Shown: positions 41,493 to 50,820, numbered from the stretch's first letter. The stretch: DNA of 64,000 nucleotides from Candidatus Latescibacterota bacterium (GCA_965217585.1 OZ244561.1:2784001-2848000), one strand, 5' to 3'. Translations and numbers: made by a program. The notes: generated by a model not told the origin, from the sequence alone.

Positions 41493-42742
41493 TCGGCCAA
41501 AATCTCCAGTCGAGCTATGCGCGCTTCAAGAACGGACCACTCTGGTAGGTCAAGCCCGTTCTCCTTAGCCTCTGAGATCACGGCACGTGCTTTCTCGAAG
41601 GTTCCTTCCCCAATTAAGCTCTCAACAGATTGAATGGCTGCCATAGCAGCCTCGGGTCGGTCATCGGCCTCCATGAGGTGGCGTAGGATCCAGTTTGAAT
41701 CCATCCCAAGGCTGCGGTCCGGACGGATGATTCCACTAGGATCCAAGAGGTGAACCTGATCGGGCTCGACGGACGCCACGACCTGCGGCGAGTGAGTTGT
41801 CGCGATGAACTGGCAGCGCGGAAAAGTGGTGGTCAGGTTGTGAATGATCTGGCGCTGCCATTTGGGGTGTAGATGCAGGTCAAGCTCGTCAATCAGGACG
41901 ACCGCTTCGGCTTCGGAGGCTGGGTCGGTGAAATTGGGGTTGGCCTGAGCAAATCGCCGGGTCAGGTCCAATATGAAGGCCAGTATCCCTCGTTCGCCAT
42001 CCGAGAGTTGCTGGACAGGAATTGTCGTGGAGTCCCGATCGATCAAGATCTGCGGGTTATCCTCACCTCCCAGCCGCAGATTCGCGTAGCCTGGAAGGAA
42101 GCGCCTCACGGCATCCTCGCAGGCGGCCAGCTTGTGGCCGACTGCTGGATCCTCGTTGCGCATGGATTCTTGGCGCTTCAGCCAATCACCGAAATCGACG
42201 AGCCGAAGCTCGCGCTCCAAGAAAGCATCCGCGAACGCCGTTTCTACACCTCCGGCAGCGAGACCCTTTCGCGGACCCCGCTTAGACGGGATGGCTCGGT
42301 TGGTCGAGAAAAGCACTGCAAGAGGTCGCCCGTCAGGCTCGTGGTCGGATACCGGTAGCGGCGGATCACCGATGAAATCCGCCACTTCCGGCGTATTGTG
42401 AACCTGCTCCCGAGGCATTCCCGCCTTCGCCTTCTGCGGAACACTCGTCTCACGTGGTTTGTGGAGGAGGTAACTGTGCGCTCGCTTGCCAATCCGAACA
42501 TCGCATTCGACGATCATATCTTTGGCTCCGATACGGATGTCGTCGACGGAGAACGCTTCGACCCGGCCTCGGAGCTTGTTTGCCTGTTTCACCGCCGCCG
42601 ACAGGCAAACGCACAGTGCATCTAGAACGCTCGTCTTCCCGACTCCGTTAACCCCGACGATCAGGTTGAATCCCGGCTGGAATCGAAATTCGGCGTTCTC
42701 AATTGCGCGGAGGTTGACGAGCTTCAGCGAGGTAATTTCCAT
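41489..42742 (-). CDS. ptuA: ABC/AAA_21 ATPase, PtuA-like
   Basis: GVNGVGKT, LSDGE, IDELDLHLHPKWQ and TTHSP motifs. Confidence 0.8.
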   Translation of the reverse strand: MEITSLKLVNLRAIENAEFRFQPGFNLIVGVNGVGKTSVLDALCVCLSAAVKQANKLRGRVEAFSVDDIRIGAKDMIVECDVRIGKRAHSYLLHKPRETSVPQKAKAGMPREQVHNTPEVADFIGDPPLPVSDHEPDGRPLAVLFSTNRAIPSKRGPRKGLAAGGVETAFADAFLERELRLVDFGDWLKRQESMRNEDPAVGHKLAACEDAVRRFLPGYANLRLGGEDNPQILIDRDSTTIPVQQLSDGERGILAFILDLTRRFAQANPNFTDPASEAEAVVLIDELDLHLHPKWQRQIIHNLTTTFPRCQFIATTHSPQVVASVEPDQVHLLDPSGIIRPDRSLGMDSNWILRHLMEADDRPEAAMAAIQSVESLIGEGTFEKARAVISEAKENGLDLPEWSVLEARIARLEILAE

Positions 42743-44025
42743 GCCATTTGCTCCATGTCAATTTGGCCTGTAACTGCCGCTGAGATGAGTGCCGCTCGGC
42801 GCTCTTTGAGCAACACCGTGGTCCTTTCCGTAGCGTCGCGCAGCCCGTCCAACTTGCAGGTCTCATTCTCTATGTGGGCAACGATTTCGCGCTGCTCACT
42901 GAGCGGGGGTACAGGGAGTGAGACCGCGAAGAAGCCTTCTGGATAGAGGCGCAACCGGGATGACCACACACCCTTTGAGTATCTCGTTACCTCTTGAGCG
43001 AACGCCGACAAACGCACCAAGGCGTCGACATAACTCGGATCGAGGTGCGCTATAGGCTCATAGACGTTATAGGCCGGACTAACGATACCGTCTAAGGACG
43101 ACACACCCATCGCGCCCATCCATGCCCACATTGTATTGATTACGAGATCGCCCGAGAGGCAGATTTTGTATCCCTCTTTTGTCGCCGCCTCGAACATGTT
43201 GACGTCCTTTTCTGAACGAAGAGTCACGCCAGTGAGGTGCGACACAGTGAGGAGATCTTCTTCTCCCGTATCGGAACGTTCATCGCGTTCCCTGAACAAC
43301 CATCTTGCGCGTTCAGTTTCCCAATGCGCTGGAATTTCGCCAAGCCAAGGAATGCCGGAGTCACGGAGCGGGACGTTTGGGTTGATCCCACGGGAGACGG
43401 CGCGGGTGATGAGCGCTCGGCGCTTCTCGGCCAGAAACCTAAGCAGCCGCTCCTTCTCCGTCACCAGTGCATCCAGCCGCGCCGTCTCCCGGTCGAGGTA
43501 GTCGGCGATGGCGTGCTGTTTTGAAAGCGGCGGCACCGGCAACCTGACAGCCCCTATCTCAGATCTCGCTAGCCCAAAGCGAGTTACTCCATTCGCAGCA
43601 AGTTCCAGTTGCGTACATATCGGTTTTGCTTGGAGGCATCGGAGCAGGAATTCGCCTGCCAACTGGTGGCGGCGGGGACGAAGAAGCGCGAGGTGATAAC
43701 CGCATACAAGGTCGTCGGCTGTTTCCCGAACAAGCGCGGGGACACCTATATCATCCCATGATTCTGAATCCTTCGTGATGACAACATCGCCGATTTGTAA
43801 GCCGAACTTCTTGATTTCGTCCTCGGTTGCTGTTGCCTGCATGAAGTCGAGGCTCAAAAAAATAAAATCGTTGTTGTAAACGTCCGTGTAATTGCACAAT
43901 CGAACCGGTATTTCGTGGTCAACCGACAATTTATCGACGTTGCTCACCACATAATCAGTCGTTGCCCGGAGCGGCTGCACCTGCCACGACTCAGGCAGTG
44001 AGTTGACCCAGGCGAGGTGGCTCAC
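42724..44025 (-). CDS. hsdS: Type I R-M specificity subunit S
   Basis: PPLSKQHAIADYLD, EKRRALITRAV, DSGIPWLGEIPAHW and ERRAALISAAVTG motifs. Confidence 0.95.
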   Translation of the reverse strand: MSHLAWVNSLPESWQVQPLRATTDYVVSNVDKLSVDHEIPVRLCNYTDVYNNDFIFLSLDFMQATATEDEIKKFGLQIGDVVITKDSESWDDIGVPALVRETADDLVCGYHLALLRPRRHQLAGEFLLRCLQAKPICTQLELAANGVTRFGLARSEIGAVRLPVPPLSKQHAIADYLDRETARLDALVTEKERLLRFLAEKRRALITRAVSRGINPNVPLRDSGIPWLGEIPAHWETERARWLFRERDERSDTGEEDLLTVSHLTGVTLRSEKDVNMFEAATKEGYKICLSGDLVINTMWAWMGAMGVSSLDGIVSPAYNVYEPIAHLDPSYVDALVRLSAFAQEVTRYSKGVWSSRLRLYPEGFFAVSLPVPPLSEQREIVAHIENETCKLDGLRDATERTTVLLKERRAALISAAVTGQIDMEQMAWKLPR

Positions 44026-46010
44026 TCGGTCACCTCTCTCAACAGTCGCATGATCTTCTCCTCCGCCTTCTTCAGATCCGCGTCAATCTGTTCCAGTGGC
44101 CGCGGCGGCGTGTACTTGTAGAAGTGGCGGTTGAAGTTGATCTCGTAGCCGACTTTGTCCTTGTCTCGGTCCATATAGGCGTCGGGGACATGAGGCGCTA
44201 CCTCGCGCTCGAAGTAGGCGTCGATGTCGTCTTTAAGCGGCACGTTCTCGAAGTCGCGCAGCGCGGTGTCAGGTTCGTAGCCTTTCTCCCGGCCATCTTT
44301 CCTGACCCGCTCGGCTTGCGGATCCTTCTCGGTGAAGACATCTCGGAAGAGCTTCTGTTCCGTCTTCTTCCAGCGCGATTGGCGCTCATGCAGGAGATCG
44401 GCGATGCTCTCCCACGTCGCATTCCAGTCGCACTTCGGCTCTCGTCCCAACGCCTTGTCTATGGCCTGCACATCGTCGAGCAAATACGGGCAGGCATCGA
44501 GAAAACGGGACTTGTCTTCTATGGTCATCTGGTAGCGCAAGCGCAGGGGTTGCTCCACGGTCACGCGTGTGTAGCCGAAGTCATCGTTGTCGAAAAGCTT
44601 GGAGCGTTCGCCATCCTCAAAGCGGCCATATAGCCGCACGATCTCCTCAATCTGCTCTGCGGCGATGTGGCGGCGCTTGTCGCCAAGGCTGCGCTTGTTG
44701 TCTTCACTCCCTCCCGCGGTCCACAAGTCGCGGGCGTCGAGAAGCTGGATTTTCCCCTGCCGCCGCTCCTCTTTGCGGTTGGTGACGATCCATACGTAGG
44801 TGCCGATGCCGGTGTTGTAGAACATCTGTTCCGGCAAGGCGATGATGGCTTCGAGCCAATCGTTTTCGATGATCCACTTGCGAATGTCGCTCTCGCCGGA
44901 GCCAGCACCGCCGGTAAAGAGCGGCGAGCCGCTGAACACGATGGCCAAGCGCGAGCCGTGCTTGTGCTCGTCTGGGCGTACTGGCTCAAACTTGTGGGTC
45001 ATATGCTGTAAGAAAAGCAGCGAGCCGTCATTCACTCGCGGGAGTCCAGCGCCGAAGCGGCCCTCGAATCCGAGCTTGTCGTGTTCTCTCTGGATATCAT
45101 TCTTCTGCCTCTTCCAGTCCACGCCGAAGGGCGGATTGGTGAGGAAATAGTCGAAGGTCTCACCCTCGAATTGATCGTCCGTAAGGCTGTCGCCGAAGCG
45201 GATGCTGTCGCCGCCGCCGTTGTGGTCAACCTGCTTCATCAACATGTCGGAGGCTGCGGTGGCAAAGGCGCGGTTGTTATAGTCCTGCCCATAGACGTAG
45301 AGCCGGGCAGCGCCGTGGTGCTCTCGCAGGTAGTTTTGCGCCTCGGCCAACATGCCGCCGGTGCCGCAAGCGGGGTCGAGGAGCTTACGCACGGTGCCGG
45401 GTGTGGCGAGCAGTTCGTCGTCGTGAATGAAGAGGATACTCACCATTAGCCGGATGACTTCGCGTGGCGTGAAGTGATCGCCCGCAGTCTCGTTCGCCAA
45501 CTCGTTGAAGCGGCGGATGAGATTCTCGAAGAGGAGTCCCATTTGCTCATTCGGAACTCTATCGGGGTGCAGGTCCACATCGCAGAACTTCGAGACGACG
45601 AGGTACAGAATGTTGGACTCGCGCATCTTCTCGATTTCGGTCTCAAAATCGAAACAGTCGAAGAAAATGCGGCGCACGTTGGCCGAAAAGCCTTGGATGT
45701 AGCTGACGAGGTGCGGGGCGATGTTGTCTGGATCGCCCTTGAGCTTCTCGAAATCGAGCGGCGAGTGGTTGTGGAAGCGCTGGCCGGCAGCCCTGTTCAG
45801 CCTAACGTCGAGTGCGTCGCCGTGGAGCCTGTCGCTCCAGCGGTCGTACTCGGACAAGACAGCGGACTTGGTCGGAGCGAGTACGCAGTCGAACCGCCGC
45901 AGCACGGTCATAGGCAGCATGACGCGCTCGTACTGCGGTGGGCGGTAGGGACCGCGCAGCAGGTCGGCGATCTGCCAGATCAGGTTGGCGAAGTAGCTGT
46001 GGTCAGGCAT
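44022..46010 (-). CDS. hsdM: Type I R-M methyltransferase subunit M
   Basis: IWQIADLLRG, GDHFTPREVI, DPACGTGG, NPPF and GYEINFNRHFY motifs. Confidence 0.95.
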   Translation of the reverse strand: MPDHSYFANLIWQIADLLRGPYRPPQYERVMLPMTVLRRFDCVLAPTKSAVLSEYDRWSDRLHGDALDVRLNRAAGQRFHNHSPLDFEKLKGDPDNIAPHLVSYIQGFSANVRRIFFDCFDFETEIEKMRESNILYLVVSKFCDVDLHPDRVPNEQMGLLFENLIRRFNELANETAGDHFTPREVIRLMVSILFIHDDELLATPGTVRKLLDPACGTGGMLAEAQNYLREHHGAARLYVYGQDYNNRAFATAASDMLMKQVDHNGGGDSIRFGDSLTDDQFEGETFDYFLTNPPFGVDWKRQKNDIQREHDKLGFEGRFGAGLPRVNDGSLLFLQHMTHKFEPVRPDEHKHGSRLAIVFSGSPLFTGGAGSGESDIRKWIIENDWLEAIIALPEQMFYNTGIGTYVWIVTNRKEERRQGKIQLLDARDLWTAGGSEDNKRSLGDKRRHIAAEQIEEIVRLYGRFEDGERSKLFDNDDFGYTRVTVEQPLRLRYQMTIEDKSRFLDACPYLLDDVQAIDKALGREPKCDWNATWESIADLLHERQSRWKKTEQKLFRDVFTEKDPQAERVRKDGREKGYEPDTALRDFENVPLKDDIDAYFEREVAPHVPDAYMDRDKDKVGYEINFNRHFYKYTPPRPLEQIDADLKKAEEKIMRLLREVTE

Positions 46011-46090
46011 GAGTGCGTACGCTCAAAACAGGATTCAATCCGTATCAGGTGGGGGCAAAATTTCTTATCCGCGCTTCTGTCCATAGGCCG

Positions 46091-46477
46091 TCAAGGCTCC
46101 GAGAGGGATTCGACCTTTTCTTCAAGCCACGAGTTCAATTCGGTGAATCGGAATGAACTAGCTTCGAACATCCGCATGAAGAAGGCGTATGCCTTATCGT
46201 TGTCGCAGTTGATGAAGTGGCCGTTCATGCGCAGAAAGGTGTCGGTGACGAAAAAGGCGACCCGCTTATTGCCGTCCACGAATGCGTGATTGTTGGCTAG
46301 GCTCTCCATGAGAGCAGCCGCTTCTTGGATAAGCCCGTCGTAGTATCCAAGCTGGGGGCGCATGAGCGCAGAGGCGAGAGCACCTTCATCGCGGAGGCCC
46401 TGTGAGCCGCCAAATGCACTAATCAGGGCGTTGTGCATGGCGATGACTTCCTCGATGGTTGGGAAGTCATGGGTCAT
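46091..46477 (-). CDS. doc: Doc/Fic family toxin
   Basis: NHAFVDGNKR motif; GLRDEGAL.SAL.RP. Confidence 0.9.
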   Translation of the reverse strand: MTHDFPTIEEVIAMHNALISAFGGSQGLRDEGALASALMRPQLGYYDGLIQEAAALMESLANNHAFVDGNKRVAFFVTDTFLRMNGHFINCDNDKAYAFFMRMFEASSFRFTELNSWLEEKVESLSEP

Positions 46478-46704
46478 TTGGCCAACAATTCACCTAGGCG
46501 ACGATTTTTCTCGACACTGGCCTGAAAATGGGCCATAACCGAGGCCCGGCGCTTTTCCTGAGCGCGGTTTTCAACGTATTCCCGCATGGCCTCTTCCAGC
46601 ACCGCTTGGAAATGACGACCTTCCTTGCGGGCAATTTCGCGCACTGCGGCCAGCAACTCTGGCGAAGCCTGACTAGAAAATTTCTCTCGTAGCACAGCCA
46701 TCAC
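46474..46704 (-). CDS. Putative antitoxin (ribbon-helix-helix-like)
   Basis: Small ORF overlapping the doc start; KFSSQ...REIARKEGR....LEEAM. Confidence 0.7.
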   Translation of the reverse strand: MMAVLREKFSSQASPELLAAVREIARKEGRHFQAVLEEAMREYVENRAQEKRRASVMAHFQASVEKNRRLGELLAK

Positions 46705-46724
46705 TATACCCCCTTTTGTATCGT

Positions 46725-46765
46725 TATATAGAATTGTGGGAGCAATGTGTCAAGAAATATCTTGA
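46725..46765 (-). promoter_or_regulatory. Sigma70-type promoter and palindromic operator of the TA pair
   Basis: Minus-strand TTGACA (46748-46753), 17 bp, TATATA; palindrome TCAAGAAATATCTTGA at 46750-46765. Confidence 0.5.
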
Positions 46766-46782
46766 TAGAAATGGGCAGAAAG

Positions 46783-47216
46783 CGTCGCAGAGCACCGCGA
46801 GAACCCGGACTGCGACGAGTGCGCGTGACCGTGCGAGGCCCGGCTGAGTTCCGCGCTGATTATGGCAGGGGCACGGCACCGGCCCGGCGGGTGTGGGGCG
46901 GTACTGATTAAATCCACATTCCCCGTCTAACTACGGGAGCCTCCGCGCTCGTCGAGCGAGCTTTGGCAGAACCCGGGTCTATTCACGGGGGGATACACCG
47001 CGCCCCTGCTGAGAATGGCGAACGGAAGAGACGCGAAGCCCTGTTGCTGATTCGCTGAGGAGCTTCCGGTGCTGAGTGGTTAGCCGCTATGTGGTTGAGC
47101 GGCTTTACCGGATAATTGGGTTATCATCCCTGAGGTCGCGCGTTACAGTGCGCGCCGCGTCTGGGCTATGCGCCGTCACCGGCGCAGTCGCACTTGCTTC
47201 CCTGTCTCTTCCGTTC
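46783..47216 (-). ncRNA. Candidate multi-domain structured RNA downstream of the DIP1984-like gene
   Basis: No ORF in the track. 13-bp closing stem 47020-47032/47204-47216, 12-bp stem 46865-46876/46998-47009, 8-bp stem 46783-46790/46810-46817, internal hairpins including a GUGA tetraloop, six UCAGC motifs. Confidence 0.65.
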
Positions 47217-47225
47217 TAGTTGTCT

Positions 47226-47762
47226 TTACTGTTCGTCAGCATATTCCACCTCTACCTCGAACGACGCGGCGCGGATCTGCCGATTGAGCTGGCGGAACTC
47301 GACGCGCGCCTCGTCGAGACGGGTGCGGCAGTCGTCGTAGGGCAACTCGTTGTCTTCGACGATGTCGCGTTCCTCTTTGTGGAGGACCCGCTCGTACGCG
47401 GAATCGACGACTTGGGTGTGTAGTTCTCCGAGGCGGTCGTTGAGCGCTTTGCGGGTCTCGAGGGCCTCAGTGAGGCTCATGTCGTCGCCCCCGTGTTCAA
47501 CGCGGTGCTCGAAGTTGGCACGCTGGATCGCGGCGTTCAGCTTGCGGCGTTTGAATTCGAGGGTGCGCAACTGGTCGCGTGCCTCGGAGACGCTGAATCC
47601 AGGTGCTGGCCGGCGCGAGAAGTCGTTGTCTCGACGGGGGAACAGATCTCGATTCTGGCGCGCCTCGGGCAGGCAGTCGCGCAGCGTCTTGATGCGGGCG
47701 TCGTACTCGCCGCGCAGTTCGAGGGCTTCGTAGAGTCTGATGGTATTTCTGGCTTCGGTCAT
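47226..47762 (-). CDS. DIP1984/septicolysin-like (DUF6847-like) coiled-coil protein
   Basis: Two-fold internal repeat L.EAL..R......I/L..L ... L...I..ANF/ASF; strong AAGGAGGTGA RBS. Confidence 0.7.
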   Translation of the reverse strand: MTEARNTIRLYEALELRGEYDARIKTLRDCLPEARQNRDLFPRRDNDFSRRPAPGFSVSEARDQLRTLEFKRRKLNAAIQRANFEHRVEHGGDDMSLTEALETRKALNDRLGELHTQVVDSAYERVLHKEERDIVEDNELPYDDCRTRLDEARVEFRQLNRQIRAASFEVEVEYADEQ

Positions 47763-47921
47763 ACCTCACCTCCTTCTAGTTTCACCGGGAGATGAGTCGA
47801 AATTCGAGGGGACGTAGAACAGTCGCAACAGTTCAGCGACTTTTTTTGCGTGCGGGGGGAAAATTGCAATGCCGAAGAGCTCATTTGAGGGCAAAGAAGC
47901 TGTGATCTAGAAGAAAGGTCG

Positions 47922-48125
47922 CTAGTCAGCGAATTGTGGCCCGGTGCTCGTCAACCCTGACACGATTATTCCTGCAGAAGATGGTCTTATTGGCTTACAT
48001 GGATGAATTTGAACCATACATTGTCCAAGTGTCTGAAAATTGAATTCTGCGCGAGCCCGGATAGCCCACGGTGCTTTCCGGGTGAAACCGAGCAACAGAT
48101 TCGTGTCTAGGAGGAAACGTGTCAT
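47922..48125 (-). pseudogene. Truncated PIN/VapC toxin
   Basis: MTRFLLDTNLL start, then similarity is lost after about 30 aa. Confidence 0.55.
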
Positions 48126-48136
48126 AAAAATATCGC

Positions 48137-48836
48137 TCAATCGAGTTGGGCTAGGAGATCCTCGATGGGTTCATCGCCAGGCCATGTGCCCGCAAGCTCA
48201 ATAGGGTCAAAGCTCCCGATTTGCTTGCGTTGTACCGAGAACAGGTTATGCGATTTCTGGACCTCTATTGATGGCATTTCTTCGAAAACGACATCCTTTT
48301 CCAGCCGACCACTAATCCGGCGAGCCTCGATCAATCGCGGCTGCCCATTGGCCTTGAAATGCACCATTCCCTCAACGGTGGTCTGCTTGCCCCATAGAGG
48401 ACGCAAAGCCTCTACACTCAATGACGCGTCTAGCCGTCCAAAGAGTGCTGACTTCTGGCTCACTAGAAGGCGAAAGCGACCATTACCATGTTTGATCTCG
48501 ATGTTTGATCTCGTCAAGCCTGCCACTTACGATGAAAGACCTTGGAGTCGGGATGTCATTCAACCGCTCTTTGGCGTATGTGCAAGTAATGTCGTCCAGC
48601 GCGAATTGCCCATGCGCCGTGCCTTGAGGGATCATTTCATAGCGCACACCAGCAACTCCAGCCGCTTGCCTGAACTTGAGAATCGCTTCGAGAACCGAAC
48701 TGTCGAAATAGTCTCCAATTGGATTGTCGGTCTGGGTCTCATTGATCGATTGAGCGACCAGATCGAGCGCAGTTTCGTCTTCTTTCAGGCCGCTGATGCG
48801 GAGTTGGTAGTGTTGTGTTTTCATGGCGGGGCTCAC
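48137..48836 (-). pseudogene. Frameshifted hypothetical protein with antitoxin-like C-terminus (WPGDEPIEDLLAQLD)
   Basis: Two ORFs joined by a 13-bp tandem duplication ATGTTTGATCTCG at 48488-48513. Confidence 0.6.
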
Positions 48837-48872
48837 TTTCCTAAGTTGCTGAGGTCCATTTCAAGAATAATA

Positions 48873-50633
48873 TCACTCCCGGATCGCTATGTGCAACTCC
48901 CGCAACTGCTCAGGCGACACTTCTCCCGGAGCGCCCATGAGCGGGTCCTGCGCATTCTGGTTCATCGGGAAGGCGATGACCTCCCGTATGTTCGGTTCGT
49001 CCGCCAGCAGCATGACGATACGGTCGATGCCGGGTGCGATGCCGCCGTGAGGCGGAGCGCCGTAGCGCAAGGCGCGGATCATGCCTCCGAACCTGCGATC
49101 CACTTCCCGCCGCGAGTGTCCGGCTATCTCGAACGCCTTGTACATGATGTCTGGTCTGTGATTGCGGATGGCACCGCTCGACAGTTCGAGGCCGTTGCAG
49201 ACGATGTCGTACTGATATGCCTTGATCTCCAGCGGCGGTTGGCTCTCCAGAGTAGCCATGCCACCCTGTGGCATGGAAAACGGATTGTGCGAAAAGGCCA
49301 CGCAAGCGCGTTCTGCGTCCCATTCGTACATGGGAAAATCGACGACCCAGCAGAATTCATAGCAGCCCTCCCGCCGCAAATCGAGCCGGTCTGCCAGGTG
49401 TAGGCGCAACCGTCCCGCTAGGGCCGCGGCCTCGGCTGGTGGCCCGGCTATAAAGAAAATGGCTGATCCCGGAACGGCTGCACACTTTTCGATAATGCGA
49501 CTACGCACGCTTTGTTCTAGGGCCGCGGCGATTGAGCCTGTGGCCTGTGCTCCGTTGATGAGGTACGCCAGTCCCTTGCCGCCCGCTTCTTTGACGAATG
49601 CTTCGAGGCTGTCGAAAAACGAGCGCGGCTGCGCCTCTAGCTCGGGAACGCACAGGGCGCGGACGACCCCTCCTGCTGCGACGATGTCCCTGAACAGCCT
49701 GAACGAAGATTCTGCGAAGATCGCGGAGAGATCTTGGATTTCGAGCCCGAAGCGCAGGTCTGGTTTGTCCGTGCCGAACCGCAGCATGGCGTCGGCGTGG
49801 GAGAGACGCGGGAACGGCGGCGCGGTCACTTCCCAATCGGTGAACTCGCGAAAGAGACCGGAAAAGAGTTCCTCGACCACAGCAAAGACATCCTCCTGCT
49901 CGACAAAGGCCATCTCGAAGTCGAGCTGGTAGAATTCGCCGGGGGAGCGGTCAGCGCGGGCATCTTCGTCGCGGAAGCAGGGCGCGATCTGGAAATAGCG
50001 ATCGAAGCCGGATACCATCAGCAACTGCTTGAACTGCTGCGGTGCCTGCGGCAGCGCGTAGAAGTGGCCGGGATAGAGCCGGCTTGGCACGAGGTAATCG
50101 CGCGCGCCTTCGGGTGAGCTGTTGGTGAGAATGGGCGTCTGGAACTCGGCAAAGCCCATGCCCGTCATGCGCCGTCTGATGCTGGCGATCACGTCCGAGC
50201 GGAGCTGAATGCGGCGGTGCAGCCCGGCCCGACGCAGGTCGAGGAAGCGATAGGACAATCGGGTGCTCTCGCCCACTTCGGGATCTTCGGCCACGGAAAA
50301 GGGGAGCGGCTCCGCCGACGAGAGCACTTCCAACTCGCGGACGGCGATTTCCACCTCTCCGGTTTTCATGGCGCTGTTGATGGTCGCAGGCGACCGTTCG
50401 CGTACGTCGCCTACGATGCGGATTACGGATTCGCGCGGGATTTTTGCCGCGGTTGCCGCAGCGTCATTCTCCGGCGAGATCACGAGCTGGGTGATGCCGT
50501 AGTGGTCGCGCAGATCTAGGAACAGTACGCCTCCGTGGTCCCTGCGGCGGTGGATCCAGCCGCTCAGGCGAATGGTTTGGCCGGCGTGGCGCTGGCGGAG
50601 TTCGCCACAGGTGTGCGTGCGATAGCGGTGCAT
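48873..50633 (-). CDS. aspS: Aspartate-tRNA ligase, probably non-discriminating (Asp/Asn)
   Basis: [33 protein letters not shown] and [13 protein letters not shown]. His in RRDH is the usual ND-type residue. Confidence 0.95.
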   Translation of the reverse strand: MHRYRTHTCGELRQRHAGQTIRLSGWIHRRRDHGGVLFLDLRDHYGITQLVISPENDAAATAAKIPRESVIRIVGDVRERSPATINSAMKTGEVEIAVRELEVLSSAEPLPFSVAEDPEVGESTRLSYRFLDLRRAGLHRRIQLRSDVIASIRRRMTGMGFAEFQTPILTNSSPEGARDYLVPSRLYPGHFYALPQAPQQFKQLLMVSGFDRYFQIAPCFRDEDARADRSPGEFYQLDFEMAFVEQEDVFAVVEELFSGLFREFTDWEVTAPPFPRLSHADAMLRFGTDKPDLRFGLEIQDLSAIFAESSFRLFRDIVAAGGVVRALCVPELEAQPRSFFDSLEAFVKEAGGKGLAYLINGAQATGSIAAALEQSVRSRIIEKCAAVPGSAIFFIAGPPAEAAALAGRLRLHLADRLDLRREGCYEFCWVVDFPMYEWDAERACVAFSHNPFSMPQGGMATLESQPPLEIKAYQYDIVCNGLELSSGAIRNHRPDIMYKAFEIAGHSRREVDRRFGGMIRALRYGAPPHGGIAPGIDRIVMLLADEPNIREVIAFPMNQNAQDPLMGAPGEVSPEQLRELHIAIRE

Positions 50634-50644
50634 GGTAATCTCCT

Positions 50645-50686
50645 AAAAACAGAAAACCCGCCGCGATGCGTGTTCGCGACGGGTTT
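50645..50686 (-). terminator. Attenuator terminator upstream of aspS
   Basis: AAACCCGTCGCGA-ACACGCA-TCGCGGCGGGTTT 13-bp stem followed by TCTGTTTTT, just before the aspS RBS. Confidence 0.85.
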
Positions 50687-50715
50687 GGATTCTCAGATTG
50701 GGTTGGAGTCAGTCG

Positions 50716-50784
50716 TCAGAACACGCGCAATGAGGCCAGCGGGTTATTATTATTCTGCGTGCGGTCATTCTGACGAGTCATCAT
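50716..50784 (-). CDS. Asn-rich leader peptide MMTRQNDRTQNNNNPLASLRVF
   Basis: 22 codons with an AAT AAT AAT AAC run, located between a promoter and the terminator. Confidence 0.8.
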   Translation of the reverse strand: MMTRQNDRTQNNNNPLASLRVF

Positions 50785-50792
50785 GGTCGTCT

Positions 50793-50820
50793 AAGATAGA
50801 GGAACGCCGAATTCCGTCAA
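50793..50820 (-). promoter_or_regulatory. Sigma70-type promoter for leader-aspS
   Basis: TTGACG, 16 bp, TATCTT, ending 8 nt before the leader ATG. Confidence 0.6.

Noticed and set aside
46863-47009. Canonical tRNA, tmRNA or SRP gene
   Set aside because: No GTTCRA T-loop, no proper D or anticodon arms, and no tmRNA or SRP signature sequences.
40812-47216. Retron (PtuAB plus the structured RNA as msr-msd)
   Set aside because: No reverse transcriptase in the window. The RNA is about 4 kb from ptuA and directly linked to the DIP1984-like gene instead.
50645-50820. T-box riboswitch upstream of aspS
   Set aside because: No GGTGGNACC T-box consensus or stem I; the leader-peptide model explains all the helices.
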